Shown here piece by piece: positions 49,336-61,300 of a DNA stretch of 64,000 bases. The position numbers and the translations under genes were made by a program. The stretch covers positions 106,456,001 through 106,520,000 of the forward strand of contig NC_086097.1 in the NCBI RefSeq assembly GCF_963921235.1. Direction: 5' to 3'. The notes beneath the pieces were generated by a model, which saw only the letters and a program-made list of their open reading frames with translations, made no database searches and had not been told where the DNA came from. Every line of letters starts with the position of its first letter. The stretch's first letter is position 1. The DNA is from Mobula hypostoma. Lineage: Eukaryota.

Positions 49336-49738
49336 ATAAATGGTAATTACAGTCTAACATCTTCTATTTGAATAATGTTAAATTAATGATTAATAAAGTA
49401 ATAATAGGGCATTTGGAAAATGATAATCTAATTAAGCAGTCAGAGCAGCTTCATAAAGTGGAAAATGTGTCTAACAAGCCTACTCGAGTTTTATTAAGTA
49501 AATCTCAATCAGAGTAGATGGACCTTTCTACTTGGATTTCCAGAAGGCATTTGAAAAGGTGCCTCAAAAATGTTGTCACATGATAAAAGCCACTGCTGCT
49601 GGGTGGAATACATTATGATGGATAAAGGATCAACTAACAGGAAGAAAACAGCTAGTAAGTATAAGGGAGTCATTTTCAGGTTGACAACCTGTGCACAAGA
49701 CTACATAAACACCAGAAACTAGCAGCAGGAATAAGCCA

Positions 49739-49889
49739 ATCACAAACAAGAAAAAAACTGAGATGCTGGAAATCTGAGCAACACACACAAAATGCTGGGG
49801 AGAACTCTGCAGGCCAGGCAGCATCTATGTACTCTTTTATCATAGATGTCACCTGGCCTGCTGAGTTCCTCCAGCATTTTGTGTGTGTT
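49739..49889. mobile_element. Penelope-derived palindromic insert
   Basis: About 50-bp inverted arms (49780-49829 / 49841-49889); TSD AGCAGGAATAAGCCA (49724-49738) / AGCAGGAATATGCCA (49890-49904). Confidence 0.8.
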
Positions 49890-50245
49890 AGCAGGAATAT
49901 GCCACCTGGTCGCTCAAGTCTGCCCAGCTATTCAGTATTATTATGGCAGTTCTACCCCTGGCCTCAAATCCTCCTCTATGCCATTTTCCCATAACCTTCA
50001 GTCCCCCAATCTTTCAAAGCTTTGACGAACTCCACTTCAAATATACCCTAATGGTCTAACCTCAGGGATCAATGTGGGAAACAGCCACTGTTTACAATAT
50101 TTCTAGTTACATTTGTATGAAAATGAGCTATAAGAGGTTACAAACACTTTTTCTGTATTTTGGCCCATTTCATATCGTTTAAACCTACCACAATCAATTT
50201 TTCATTACCATAGGTAGGTGGCACTTTAAACCTACATATATTTAC

Positions 50246-51827
50246 TGTGACAGAACGAACCAGCCAACCATGGACCCAGCGACACAGACACTGGAGATGA
50301 ACTCTCGCCATCCATGATTCCCCAGTGCTGAAACCTCCCACCCACCCACCCACCCAAGTCGTCCTTAGTCCTGAAGAGCCTCTTTCGTTGCCCGGAGGCT
50401 CCCGTAGAAAGTGGGGGGGGGTGGTACTGTCATGGACCGGTCCTTGAAGTCTGCATTCTGGTTCACGGTCCGGTCCGTGGACTCAGGACTCCGGGTCTTC
50501 CAGCTGTCCCTCGTTTGATTGAGTTAAGCATAGGCACCTGATTCCCATCTTGGGGCTTGGAATATAAGTAGCCTTGGGGTTGAATGTGGGCTGTTGGTTT
50601 GTCTTGTCAGTCCTCCTTGGAGCAACCTGCTGATGGAAGGCTAGTGAAACCATTTGTGATCTCTAGGCCTGGATGGAGGACCACTGCTTCATGGAGTGTT
50701 GTTGCCACTTGTTGGAGTAATCTTTGCAGTATGATTTGGCTGTTTCCTGGGCCAGCTGAGTGGCTGTCAGCCACTCTGAGCTAAGGTAGGGATCTGGCTG
50801 TTTCTGTAGCCAGCGGAGGATGCTGGCTGTAACTGTGACTCGGAGCAACCCCGGAGCAGAGATGGAACAGTCTGTCATTCTTTGGTGTTTGTCTCTTCTT
50901 GTCCTTGCCTCTGTGGGTAAGTCAGGCTGTTTTGCTGTTGCCCTGCAGGGGGTATCTGTCTTGTCCTTGCCTCTGTGGGGTAAGTCAGGCTGCTCTGCTG
51001 TTGTTCTGTGGGGGGGGGGGGGTTATGTCTTGTCTTGTCCTGTCCTTGCCTCCATGGGGTAAGTCAGGCTGTTTTGCTGTTGCCCTGCAGGGGGTATCTG
51101 TCTTGTCCTTGCCTCTGTGGGGTAAGTCAGGCTGCTCTGCTGTTGTTCTGTGGGGGGGGGGGGTTATGTCTTGTCTTGTCCTGTCCTTGCCTCCATGGGG
51201 TAAGTCAGGCTGTTTTGCTGTTGCCCTGCGGGGCAACATGTCTTGTCTTTGCCTCTGTTGGGTAAGTCTGGCTGTTCTGCTGTTACCCAACAGGTGGACC
51301 TGTCCCACCTTGGTGTGGAGAGGTTGAGTCCTGGCTTGTCTAAGTACAAGTCTGGGCTCTATGTCTATGTTCTGTTCTGTCTCATGTTAGTGTTGTGTTA
51401 AAGATGAGTCCTGGCTTGTTGAAGGATAAATCCCGGCTCTATGTTGATGTTTGGGTCCCAGTCTGTCTCCGAGCTCCAGGATCCCAGGCCTCGAGGATCC
51501 CGCAGCCGGGCTCGAGGATCCCAGGCCTCTAGTCCCCAGCCACGCCCTGTCCTGAAGCCATGTCATGTCCTTGCCAGGTTCTAGGGTCCGAGCCCGAGAC
51601 TAGACGCAGGTTCTGGGTCCTTGTCCAGTCTCGGGCTCGGAGGTGATGCCTTGTCTCCTAGTCCATGGTTTTTACTCGTAGTCCCACTTTCCCTTGCCCA
51701 AGTCTGCGTTCTTGTCCCTGCTTCTTGCCTGTATCCTGTCAAGTCCCTACTCTAGTCAAGTCCTGTTCCTTGTACTTCAGTGTCTGTGTCTTGCATTTGG
51801 GTCCGTTCCCAGCACCCCATTGTGATA
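50246..51827 (+). mobile_element. Gypsy (Sushi/chromovirus-like) remnant: 7-bp LTR stub, gag start, PPT, full 3' LTR (50428-51827)
   Basis: TGTGACA-GAACGAACCAGCCAACC-ATGGACCCAGCG (MDPA); G-rich PPT then TGTCATGG; ends TGTGATA; 5-bp TSD TTTAC. Confidence 0.7.
50895..51290 (+). repeat. Minisatellite in the LTR, six monomers forming a higher-order dimer
   Basis: GTAAGTC at 50917, 50980, 51059, 51122, 51200, 51262 (spacing 63/79/63/78/62). Confidence 0.92.
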
Positions 51828-51897
51828 TTTACAGGCTTGACACATGCTTTCTAATAACTTTATCAATCTATTTTGCCACCTGAAATGCTTGTACATA

Positions 51898-52196
51898 TGG
51901 CTGCATGGTGAAATATTGGTTAACTCCATTGTCGTGTAGCATCTGTGATCACCGATCAGGGTTCGATCACGGCCACTGTCTGAAAGGAATGTATAATTTC
52001 TCCCTGCGACCACACAGGTTTCCTCCTGGTACACTGGCTTCCTCCCACCTTCCAAAGATGTACAGTTAAGTTTAGTGAGTTGTGAGCTATAAGTGTTGTG
52101 GCAATTGCAGGCTCTCACACTGTGTTTGTCATTGATGCAAAAGGCTGCACTTCACTTTGTTTTGATGTACATGTGCCAAATAAAGCTAATCTAATC
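51898..52196 (+). mobile_element. HE1-like tRNA SINE
   Basis: B box GGTTCGATCAC; GGTTTCCTCC...GGCTTCCTCCCAC.TTCCAAAGA core; AATAAAGCTAATCTAATCT tail. Confidence 0.75.
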
Positions 52197-52512
52197 TGTG
52201 ACATGCCAGACAGTTTTAATAATGTATTCAATTTAAAATATATATCACTTCTCCTCATTCATTTTCCCAAAATACAGAATACATGATTTTTTTAATCTGT
52301 TCAGATTAATGACTAAATATTTGAGCAGTTTCTTACACTATCTTTGTTTCTGTTCACTATAACTTCCTACAAACTGCCGCAGGATCAGAAATGGTATGTT
52401 CTCCAAACTGTGTCAATATCACAATGTATCATTACTGCTGTGCTTTCCCATGAAGGCATCTCACTCCACTTGCCAGCAGCATAGGTATCCATGGAATGTA
52501 TTAAAAACTGTA

Positions 52513-53343
52513 CAGGTCCACAATCCCTTATCCAAAATCCTTGGCCAGTTGCATTTTGGAATTCAGAATTTTTCAGATTTCAGACCCCCCCCCCGCCCAT
52601 ACCAGAAAACACGTAAGCTCAAGTCCCTTATTTATCCTGTTTTAGCTGTGGACTTTAAGACCCAGCAGCGCACCAAACCTACGCACATTCTCCCATATAC
52701 TTCAAATCACCTCTAGATACTTATAATACCTAATACAAAGTAAATGCTATGTAAATTGTTATACTGTACTGTTTGGGGAATAATGGCAATAAAAAAATTT
52801 TATTTCCAACAAAAACATTCAATAAAACATAAAAATATACAGCTTCAAATGAACTGAATCAAACACATGGTAAATGACTTATTGGAATAAATGTAGAACG
52901 TCATTGTCACTCTCACTATAAAACCTCAGTAACTTGTCTTTCTGTTTATTTAAATCATATACAGTGGTAGTTCCAACTCTATTTTCTTCAGTAAGACGCC
53001 GCACAGACACACCACGATCAAGCTTCTGCAATAACTCCACTTTCTGCGTTATTGATAATGAAACAGATGCTTCCTTCTCTTTTTCTCATTGTTACCCATA
53101 GGGATATCTGCACCTCTTTTTGACATTTTCACAGTGAAATTAAACACAGTCAACAGTGAACACAAAATATCAGCGAACAGCAAAATGCACGTGTAACCAG
53201 AGCGCTGCGCTACAACTGACGTCTGGCGGCCTCTGCTAGAGCTGCCACGTCACACCTGCGTGACGTCAGCTGTTGGCGAAAAAAAACTCGAGTTTTCAGA
53301 GCTTTCTGGATTTCAGAATTTCGGAAAAAGGAATGTGCACCTG
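52513..53343 (-). mobile_element. Tigger/pogo-type DNA transposon, internally deleted
   Basis: TA|CAGGTCCACAATCCCTTATCCAAAAT ... ATTTCGGAAAAAGGAATGTGCACCTG|TA; minus strand from 53126 MSKRGADIPMGNNEKKRRKHL/SLSITQKVELLQKLDRGVSVRRLTEENRVGTTTVYDLNKQKDKLLRFY (CENP-B/psq-type HTH, one frameshift). Confidence 0.85.
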
Positions 53344-53420
53344 TAACGGGTTGTACAAAATTCGCAATTTAAGATTGTTTGATGTCATTTCCAGGACACA
53401 AATGTAAATTTGCCTGAGAT

Positions 53421-54038
53421 ATCTTTATACTTCATACTTTATTGTGGCCAAACAATTAGTACTAGAATGTACAATCATCACAGCGATATTTGAATCTGCA
53501 TTTCACACTTCCTGGATTACAGATATTAAATAATAAAAATATTAAAAATAGTTAAAATTAGCAAATATTAAAAATTTAAATTATAAATCATAAACAGAAA
53601 ATAGAAAAATGGGAAGTAAGGTAGTGCAAATAAACCAAGAGGCAGGTCCGGATATTTGGAGGGTACGGCCCAGATCCGGGTCAGCATCCATTCTGCAGTC
53701 TTATCACAGTTGGAAAGAAGCTGTTCCCAAATCTGGCCGTACGAGTCTTCAAGCTCCTGAACCTTCTCCCGGAGGGAAGAGGGATGAAAAGTCTGCTGGC
53801 TGGGTGGGTTGTGTCCTTGACTATCTCGGCAGCACTTCTCCGACAGCGTGCAGAGTAAAGTGAGTCCACGGACAGAAGATTGGTTTGTGTGATATGCTGC
53901 GCCGTGTTCACGATCGTCTGCAGATTCTTTTGGACTTGGACAGGACAACTTCCATACCAGGTTGTGATGCACCCCAGAAGAATGCTTTCTATGGTGCATC
54001 TATAAAAATTAGTGAGGGTTTTAGGGGACAGGCCAAAT
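53421..54038 (-). mobile_element. Rex1-derived 3' fragment, sister of 5544-6146
   Basis: Collinear over the whole length with the same ends. Confidence 0.88.
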
Positions 54039-55125
54039 TTTTTGGAATTTTTGAAGAAATAACAGGCAGGAGAGACAAAGGAGAATCAGTGGACGTTGTG
54101 TACTTGGATTTTCGGAAATAATTTGACAAGGTGCTGCACATGAGGCTGCTTAACAAGACAAGAGCCCATGCTATTACGGGAAAGATACCAGCATAGATAC
54201 AGCATTGGCTGATTGGCAGGAAGTAAAGAGTGGGAATAATGGGAGCCCTTTCTGATTGGCTGCTGGTTTCTAGTGGTGTTCCACAGAAGTCAGTGTTGTA
54301 ACCACTTCTTTTTATGTTGCATGTCAATGATTTGGATGATAGAATTGATGGCTTTGTAGCCAAGTTTGCGGTTGATATGAAGATAGGTGGAGGCTCAGGT
54401 AGTCTATGGAAGCAGGGAGGCTGCAGAAGGATTTGGATAGGTTAGGAGAATGGACAAAGAAGTGGCAAGTAGAATAAAGTGTCAGTATGTGGACGGTCCT
54501 GCACTTTTGTAGGTGAAATAAAAGCATTGACTATTTTCTAAATGGGGAGAAAGTTCAAAAATAAGGAGCAAAGAGACTTGGGAGTCCTTGTGCAGGATTC
54601 CCTAAAGGTTAACTTGGGTTGAGTCAGAGGTGACGAAGGCAAATGCAATGTTAGCATTCATTTCAAGAGGACTAGAATATAAAAGCAAGGACATAATGTT
54701 GAGGCTTTATAAAGCACTGGTGAAGCCTCACTTGTAGTAATGTGAGCAGTTTTAGGCCTCTTACCTAAGAAAGGATGTGCTAACATTGGAGAGTGTTCAG
54801 AGGAGGTACACAAGAATGATTCTGGGAATGAAAGGCATATCGTATGAGGAGTGATTGATGGCTCTGAGCCTTTCCTCGCTAGAATTTGGAAGTGTTGAAA
54901 GGCCTAGACAGAGTGGATGTGAAGAGGATGTTTCCTATAGTGGGGGAGTCTAGGACACAGAGACCAGAGGGCACAGCCTCAAAATAGAGGGGCATCCATT
55001 TAGAACTGAGATGAGGAGAAACTTCTCATCTCACCCAGAGGGTGGTGAATCTGTGGAATTTATTGCCATGTACAGCTGTGGAGGTCAAGTCATTGAAGAT
55101 ACTTAAAGCATAGGTTGATAGGTTT
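54039..55125 (+). mobile_element. Degraded CR1 (RT to 3' region)
   Basis: FEEITGR.DKGESVDVVYLDF; stops and frameshifts throughout. Confidence 0.85.
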
Positions 55126-55127
55126 TG

Positions 55128-55530
55128 TAAACACAAAATACTCTGCAGATGCTGGGGTCAAAGCAACACTCACAACACGGTGGAGGAACTCAGCAGGTCG
55201 AGCAGCATCCGTGGAAACGATCAGTCAACGTTTCGGGCAGGAACCCTTCGTCAGGACCGAAGAGGGAAGGGGCAGAGGCCCTAGAAAGAAGATAGGGGGG
55301 AGGGTGGGAAGGAGAAGGCTGGTAGGTTCCAGGTGAAAAACCAGTAAGGAGAAAGATAAAGGGGTGGGGGAGGGGAAGCAGGGAGGTGATAGGCCGGAAA
55401 GGTGAAGAAGGAATAGGGGAAAGCACAATGGGTAGTAGAAGGAAGCGGAACCATGAGGGAGGTGATAGGCATAGTGAAACTGGGATGGAGGAAGGGAGGG
55501 GAGGGAATTACTGGAAGTTGGAGAATTCAA
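55128..55530 (-). mobile_element. Penelope-derived terminal fragment (second subfamily)
   Basis: GAATTCTCCAACTTCCAGTAA ORF end, pyrimidine-rich UTR, hammerhead, CCAGCATCTGCAGAGTATTTTGTGTTT terminus. Confidence 0.8.
55221..55260 (-). ncRNA. Minimal hammerhead ribozyme motif variant, sense to the host gene
   Basis: Minus strand TCGGTC-CTGACGA-A-GGG ttcctg CCC-GAAA-CG-TT-GACTGA; 6-bp stem I with one G-U; GUU triplet. Confidence 0.7.
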
Positions 55531-55709
55531 CTAACTTTACATTGTATGAAGTGGTGAAAATTGTTCTCTCCCTAGCACTATCAGAAAGCAGGTGTCTTGG
55601 AATGGATAAATGACCATCTTAATCTCTAAGCATGAAGCAAATTGATATCCACAATAGAAAAAGTCACCACCAGACTCTAAATATCAGCACATCCTCAACC
55701 ATGTAAGTA

Positions 55710-56420
55710 GAATCAGAATCAGGTTTAATATCACCGGCATATGCTGTGAAATTTGTTGCTTCTGTGGCAGCAGTACAATGCAATAGATAATAATACAGAA
55801 AAATACTGTGAATTACAATAAGTAAATATATATTAAAAAGTTAAATTAATAACAAAAATAGAAATAAAAAATTATAGTGTTCATGGGTTCAATGTCCATT
55901 CAGAAATCAGATGGCAGAGGAGAAGAAGCTGTTCCTGAATTGTTGGGTGTGTGTGCCTTCAGGCTTCTATACCTCCTTCCTGATGGTAGCAATGAGAAGG
56001 TATGTCCTGGGTCACAGGGATCCTTAATGATGGATGCTGCCTTTTTGAGGCACTGCTTCTTGAAGATGTCCTGGGTACCATGGAGGCTAGTGCCCATGAT
56101 GGAGCTAATTAAGTTTACAACTCTCTACAGCTTATTTCAATCCTGTGCAGGAGCCCCCCACCCCCCAATACCAGATGGTGACACAGCCTGTCAGAATGCT
56201 CTCCACGATATATCGTAGAAATTTGTGAGTGGCTTTGGTGACATACCAAATCTCTTGCAACTCCTAATGAAATATAGTCATACCTTCTTTGTAGTTGCAT
56301 TGATACACTGGGCCAAGATAAAGCCTCAGAGATGTTGACACACAGGAATTTGAAACTGCTCACTCTTTCCTCTGAGGACTGGTGTGTGATCCCTAGTCTT
56401 ACCCTTTCTGAAGTCCACAA
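55710..56420 (-). mobile_element. Rex1-type LINE 3' part
   Basis: CLKKAASIIKDP..PGH.FSLLPSGRRYRSLK; GATTCTGATTCT tail. Confidence 0.8.
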
Positions 56421-57336
56421 TCAATCAGTTAGGTACACATCTAACTGCACACATACAGTATGCACATTGCAATTTTGACTACAAGTTTATTTTTGTGGGA
56501 ATCAAGTTCATGTGTAGCAAGTCTACTTATATGCACTCAGAGTCTTGGAGTTGTGCTTTATAATTGCCAAATTATACAGTCCCATTGGAAATTGTGAAAT
56601 AATAAATTGCTGTGTTACTTTTATATACTTTAATGTAGGAAATATCATTCTTGATTTGCTGAGTCGACGTATAAAGAAAAAATTTGGAATGGTTTGGAGT
56701 GGTTGTATCACGAGTAAACCCTTCTTGCACATACAATGGCATTACAAGGATCCTTGCAGCAAACTGTATTATAACAAACAAAAGCAAGGTGGCCTCATTT
56801 TGTGGGTTGGTACATATTTAGCCTTTCAGCTTCTGGCATTAGTAATATTTGAAATGCAAGAAATACATATACCTTCATAGTGCCATTAAAAGAAACAAAT
56901 GTCATCATGCCTTCATGGCACTGAAAACTGCCAACAATCTGTCCTCTGACAATGGTGTAAGATGCAGTGCCATTATCTTAAAGCTACAGGCTGCACTGAT
57001 GAGAAATAGTTGCCAGCATCAAAGTTCATTCTAAACTGTATCTGTTCACTTGGAAATGGAGTATGGAACAGAATTACACAGGGGAATAATTTTGCTAACC
57101 CTCAAAAATTGGTGCTGGTATTGCAATGAGCAATTAACTTGAGCCTGTTCAATGAATTGTATGCAGAAACCAGGCCATGGCCAGGCAAACAGAGACTCCA
57201 ATCACAATCCAAGCTGCTTGCTATCACATACCAGATACATATTGAGGGAGAGCAACCATTTTAATTTTTGGTTTTCTACAGTCTTTGATGACCATACTTG
57301 CAGGAAGTGCATCCAACTTCCTCAAGTTGAAGGAAA

Positions 57337-57632
57337 GGTGCCATGGTAGTGTAGCAATTAGCGCAGCACTAAGACAGTTCGGGGCATTCCGGAGTTTGGA
57401 GTTCAATGGTAGTGCCATTCTGTAGGGGGTCTTAGTGTACCCTTCCTGTAGAATGTGTGGGATTTCCCAGTTTCCTCTGACAGTCTAAAGATGTACAGGG
57501 TAGGTTAATTGGTCATTGTAAATTGTCCCATGATTTGGTTAGGGTTTACTGGGTTTGTTGGGGTTTGCTGGGGTGGTGTGGCTCAAAGGGCAAGGGCCTA
57601 CTCCGTGCTGTATCGATAAATAAAATAAAATC
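57337..57632 (+). mobile_element. HE1-like SINE
   Basis: GGTAGTGTAGC head, GGTTAATTGGTCATTGTAAATTGTCC core, CR1-like tail with (TAAAA)n. Confidence 0.7.
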
Positions 57633-57649
57633 AAAATTAACTTCAGCTT

Positions 57650-58090
57650 CTAGAGGTCCCAGAACAGATCCCTGAGGCACACCACTGGTCACTGACTACC
57701 ATGCAGAATATGACCCATCTACAACCACTCTGTCTTCTGAGGGAAAGCCAGTTCCGGATCCACAAAGCAATGTACCCTTGAATCCCATGCCTCCTTACTT
57801 TCTCAATAATCCTTGCATGTGGTACCTTATCAAATGCCTTGCTGAAATCCATATACACTACATCTACAGCTCTACCTTCATCAATGTGTTTAGTGACATC
57901 CTCAAAAAATTTTATCAGGCTTGTCAGGCACGACCTGCCTTTGACAAAGCCATGCTGACTATTCCTAATCATAACATGCCTCTCCAAATGTTCATAAATC
58001 CTGCCTCAGGATCTTCTCCATCAACTTATCAACCACTAAAGTAAGACTCACTGGCCTATAATTTCCTGGGCTATCTCTACTCCCTTTTTT
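57650..58090 (-). mobile_element. CR1 RT fragment
   Basis: QHGFVKGRSCLTSL...YMDFSKAFDKVPH (57643-57987). Confidence 0.88.
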
Positions 58091-58310
58091 TTGAAAGAAA
58101 TTCAGCTCAAACTCCTAATGAGACATAGCTGCTGACATGCCTTCTTTGTAAGTGCATCAATATGTTCAGCCCCAGATAGATCCTCAGAGATTTTGACATC
58201 CAGGAACTTGAAACTGCTCACTCTTTCCACTTCTGATCCCTTCATGGGGACTGGTGGTTCCCTCGACTTACCCTTCAGAATCCAGTCCTTGGATTTATTG
58301 ATGTTGAGTG

Positions 58311-61300
58311 TGTAACATGCTGTAGGGTTTCACTGCTGTGTAACATGCTATAAGGTTTTACTGATAATGTAATGGTTTCTCTGTTGCAGTAATGTTTGGG
58401 TTATGACTAGAGATAACGGGGTTTGAAATGCTGTTGTTCGTTCTTATGAGTCTGGAAGAGAGATTTTCGTGGTCTTTTGCCAGGGAGAGATGAGGAGAGG
58501 AGATGCCAATGGAGAGAGTTGGTAGACTGCCGGATGGGGTGGACTTGCAGCGAGGGTCCAAAGAGCAGTGTTACGTACCTCATGGGTATCTTGTGACTAT
58601 CTTATGACCATGATGTAATTGAGTATCTTGTGAGCCTGATGTAATGGTCTTGTGATGGTGGGGTGATGTAATTTTCCCACCAGTGTGAGGTCATGTGATG
58701 ACATGTTCTCAACAGGTATATAACGGGAAACCCCTGTTAGGCAGTTTCAGTTTAGTTCGTCAGTTAATTTGACAGTTACTCAGTTATGCTGTGTATTCGT
58801 CTCATAATGCAGTTTCGTTTTAAAGTGGAGTTTTACTTTCTATTGTAAGTCTAATATTGGAGAGTGAAGACCTTATTAAAGTACGGGAACCTGAAGGATC
58901 GAGCAAAGTTGGTGTCCTTTGGCCGTTTAATACAGGATCGACCTTATGGAATCTTCTTTCAGAAATATTGACCTGCATCTAAGATAACTCCTGCAAGATC
59001 AGGGAAGTTCGTGCAGTGGTCACTCGCCAGAAAAAGGTTAGTTCCTTTAAGCCGTTTTATTTCCTTCATCGTGAGTCCTTTGGACAGAATCAGCAGTAAT
59101 GTCACGTCTCCAAAGAAATCCATTTCCAGAGAAGTCTCTCCTATTTGACTGTGTAAATCACTTGGACCTTCGAATTCACCATTTTAAGACTGTGTTCGAA
59201 TCTACCACTTTACGAACTGTTTTTGAATGTACCATTTTAAGAACTGTTCCAGAGTTGCTGTATAGCAGTTAACTTCCGGTTAAGTTGGTCGTTTGAATAC
59301 TTTTTGCTGTTGTTGAGCAGAGTTTAATAAATGTTTGTTTATAAAACTTAACTCAATTATATATTCATTGTTGCTGGTCATGTGACAGCAGCGACGATTG
59401 GAAGAGGTCAATGGTGGACGATCGGCTTATCAGTGAGCCCCAAAATTGCACAACAGACTGTTTAATAAGATTGGGCCCTTTTTTTAAAATCTTTTTTTCA
59501 TTTCTTTACTAACCATATAGTCAAAGTAAGAATTATAAAGCTTAATTGTTTAATCGTATATTGTGTACTGTTTGTTATTTCGGGGTACTGATTTGTAACA
59601 GGGGACACATCGCGCAGCATCCACCCACTTGAGATTTCTTAAGTTTGGCCAGGCTGGGGGCTATCACCCCCTATATAAAGCCACTAGCTGAAGCAAGAGT
59701 TACAATCGTGGGGGCTATGTTCAGGATTGATTCCGTTGGATGCTGTGTGATTACTCTGAGCAATGAACTAGTGGGGCAGATATTTGTACCCCAAATGAAG
59801 TCGGAGATTGAAGAATACTGCAAGTCATGCATTCGATGCATACGGCGGAAGACACTGCCTACGTGGGCAGCTCCCTTGTCCCACTGGCAGAGCGCGGGGC
59901 CTCTGGACCTGGTGTGTATGGATTTCCTGTCAATAGAACCCAATTTCAGCAACACGGTGAATGTCTTGGTCATCATGGACCACTACACCAGATATGCTCA
60001 GGCTTTTCCTACCAAGGACCAGAGGATGTCTACAGTGGCAAAGGTGTTATGGGAGAAGTATTTCATCTATTATGACCTTACCAGGTGAATACATAGTGAT
60101 CAGAGACAGGGTTTCGAGAGCAGACTCATCCATGAGTTACTGGGCATGCTTGGAGTTGAGAGGACGTGGTCCTCGACTTATCACCCGGAGGGTGATCCCC
60201 AGTCAGAGAGGTTTAATCGGACCTTGCTAGACATGCTCGGGACCCTGGAGATCAACAACAAGAGCAGGTGGAGTCAACATATTGGGCATCTGGTTCACAG
60301 TTGTAATTGTACACAAAATGAAACTACTGGGTACTCGTCGTATTATCTGATGTTTGGGCGCGAGGCAAGGTTGCCCATTGACCTTTGTTTTGGGACCGAC
60401 AAGGGTGACTTACCACCAAAGACTTATCTGAAGTATGTGTCTGATATGAGAAGAGAGTTGAAAAGGGCTTATGAATTAGCTGGGGTCATGGCTGCCCAGC
60501 AGAATCAAGGGAATGAGAGAAGGTATGATCAAAAGGTGACGTTCTCCCAACTCCTGCCGGGAGACAGTCCTCATAAGGAATTTGGGGTTACCTGGAAAGC
60601 ATAAGTTGGCTGACCGCTGGGCGGCTAAACCCTATGTGGTGGAGAGTCAGATGCCAAACCTACCAGTTTTCTGGATGAAACCAGAGGATGAGAATGGGCC
60701 TGTCAAGATTCTCCATTGGAACCACCTGTTGCCCCTGGGACAAGAGGTGCAGGTAGACCCAGAACCCGACTTGAAGCCTACACCTAGTAAGAGGACTCTT
60801 CGGAAACACGGGGTGTCTACTGGGCCCCCAACAGGCGAGGTTAGGCTGGCCCCCACCCCTGAAAGGGATACTGATTTGGAGGATGAGGACCTGGATGTGT
60901 GGTATATGCTGCTTTTCGCTAACTCCCCATTGATTGAGGAAGAGACTCCCGGCCCTTGTCCCATTGAGACAGGTGAAGTTGGGGGGGGGGCGGCGGGCTG
61001 GCTATCTGTGGGCAGCCTGGTTTGCAGCGGGACTCTGCAGGGGAGGAAGCGGGGTTTGGTCACGGAACAGAGGGCTCCGAGTTGCAGGTGGGCACGAGCG
61101 ATAGATCGGGGGAGGCCTTGCCAGGTAGATCGGAAGTATTCCCAGTAGTGTCGGAACCTGAAGAGTTAGATGATGGGGTGCGGAGGTCTCAAAGAATTAG
61201 GAGACCACCAGATGGTTGGCCTACGTAGCACCAGGGGAACAGAGTGTGACCCCTACTGTGCCGGAGAGCTATGTCACTGCCTTTTACACCTGGATTGGGC

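Noticed and set aside
50895..51290. CRISPR-like array of repeats with spacers
   Set aside because: Intervening sequences are themselves repeated (dimer structure), no cas genes, eukaryotic LTR context
50820..51327. Cys/Leu-rich repetitive ORFs
   Set aside because: Translations of the minisatellite in several frames
60582..61148. env-like extra ORF after integrase
   Set aside because: Reads as the frameshifted integrase C-terminal region (KLADRW..PY.V); no signal peptide or transmembrane segment
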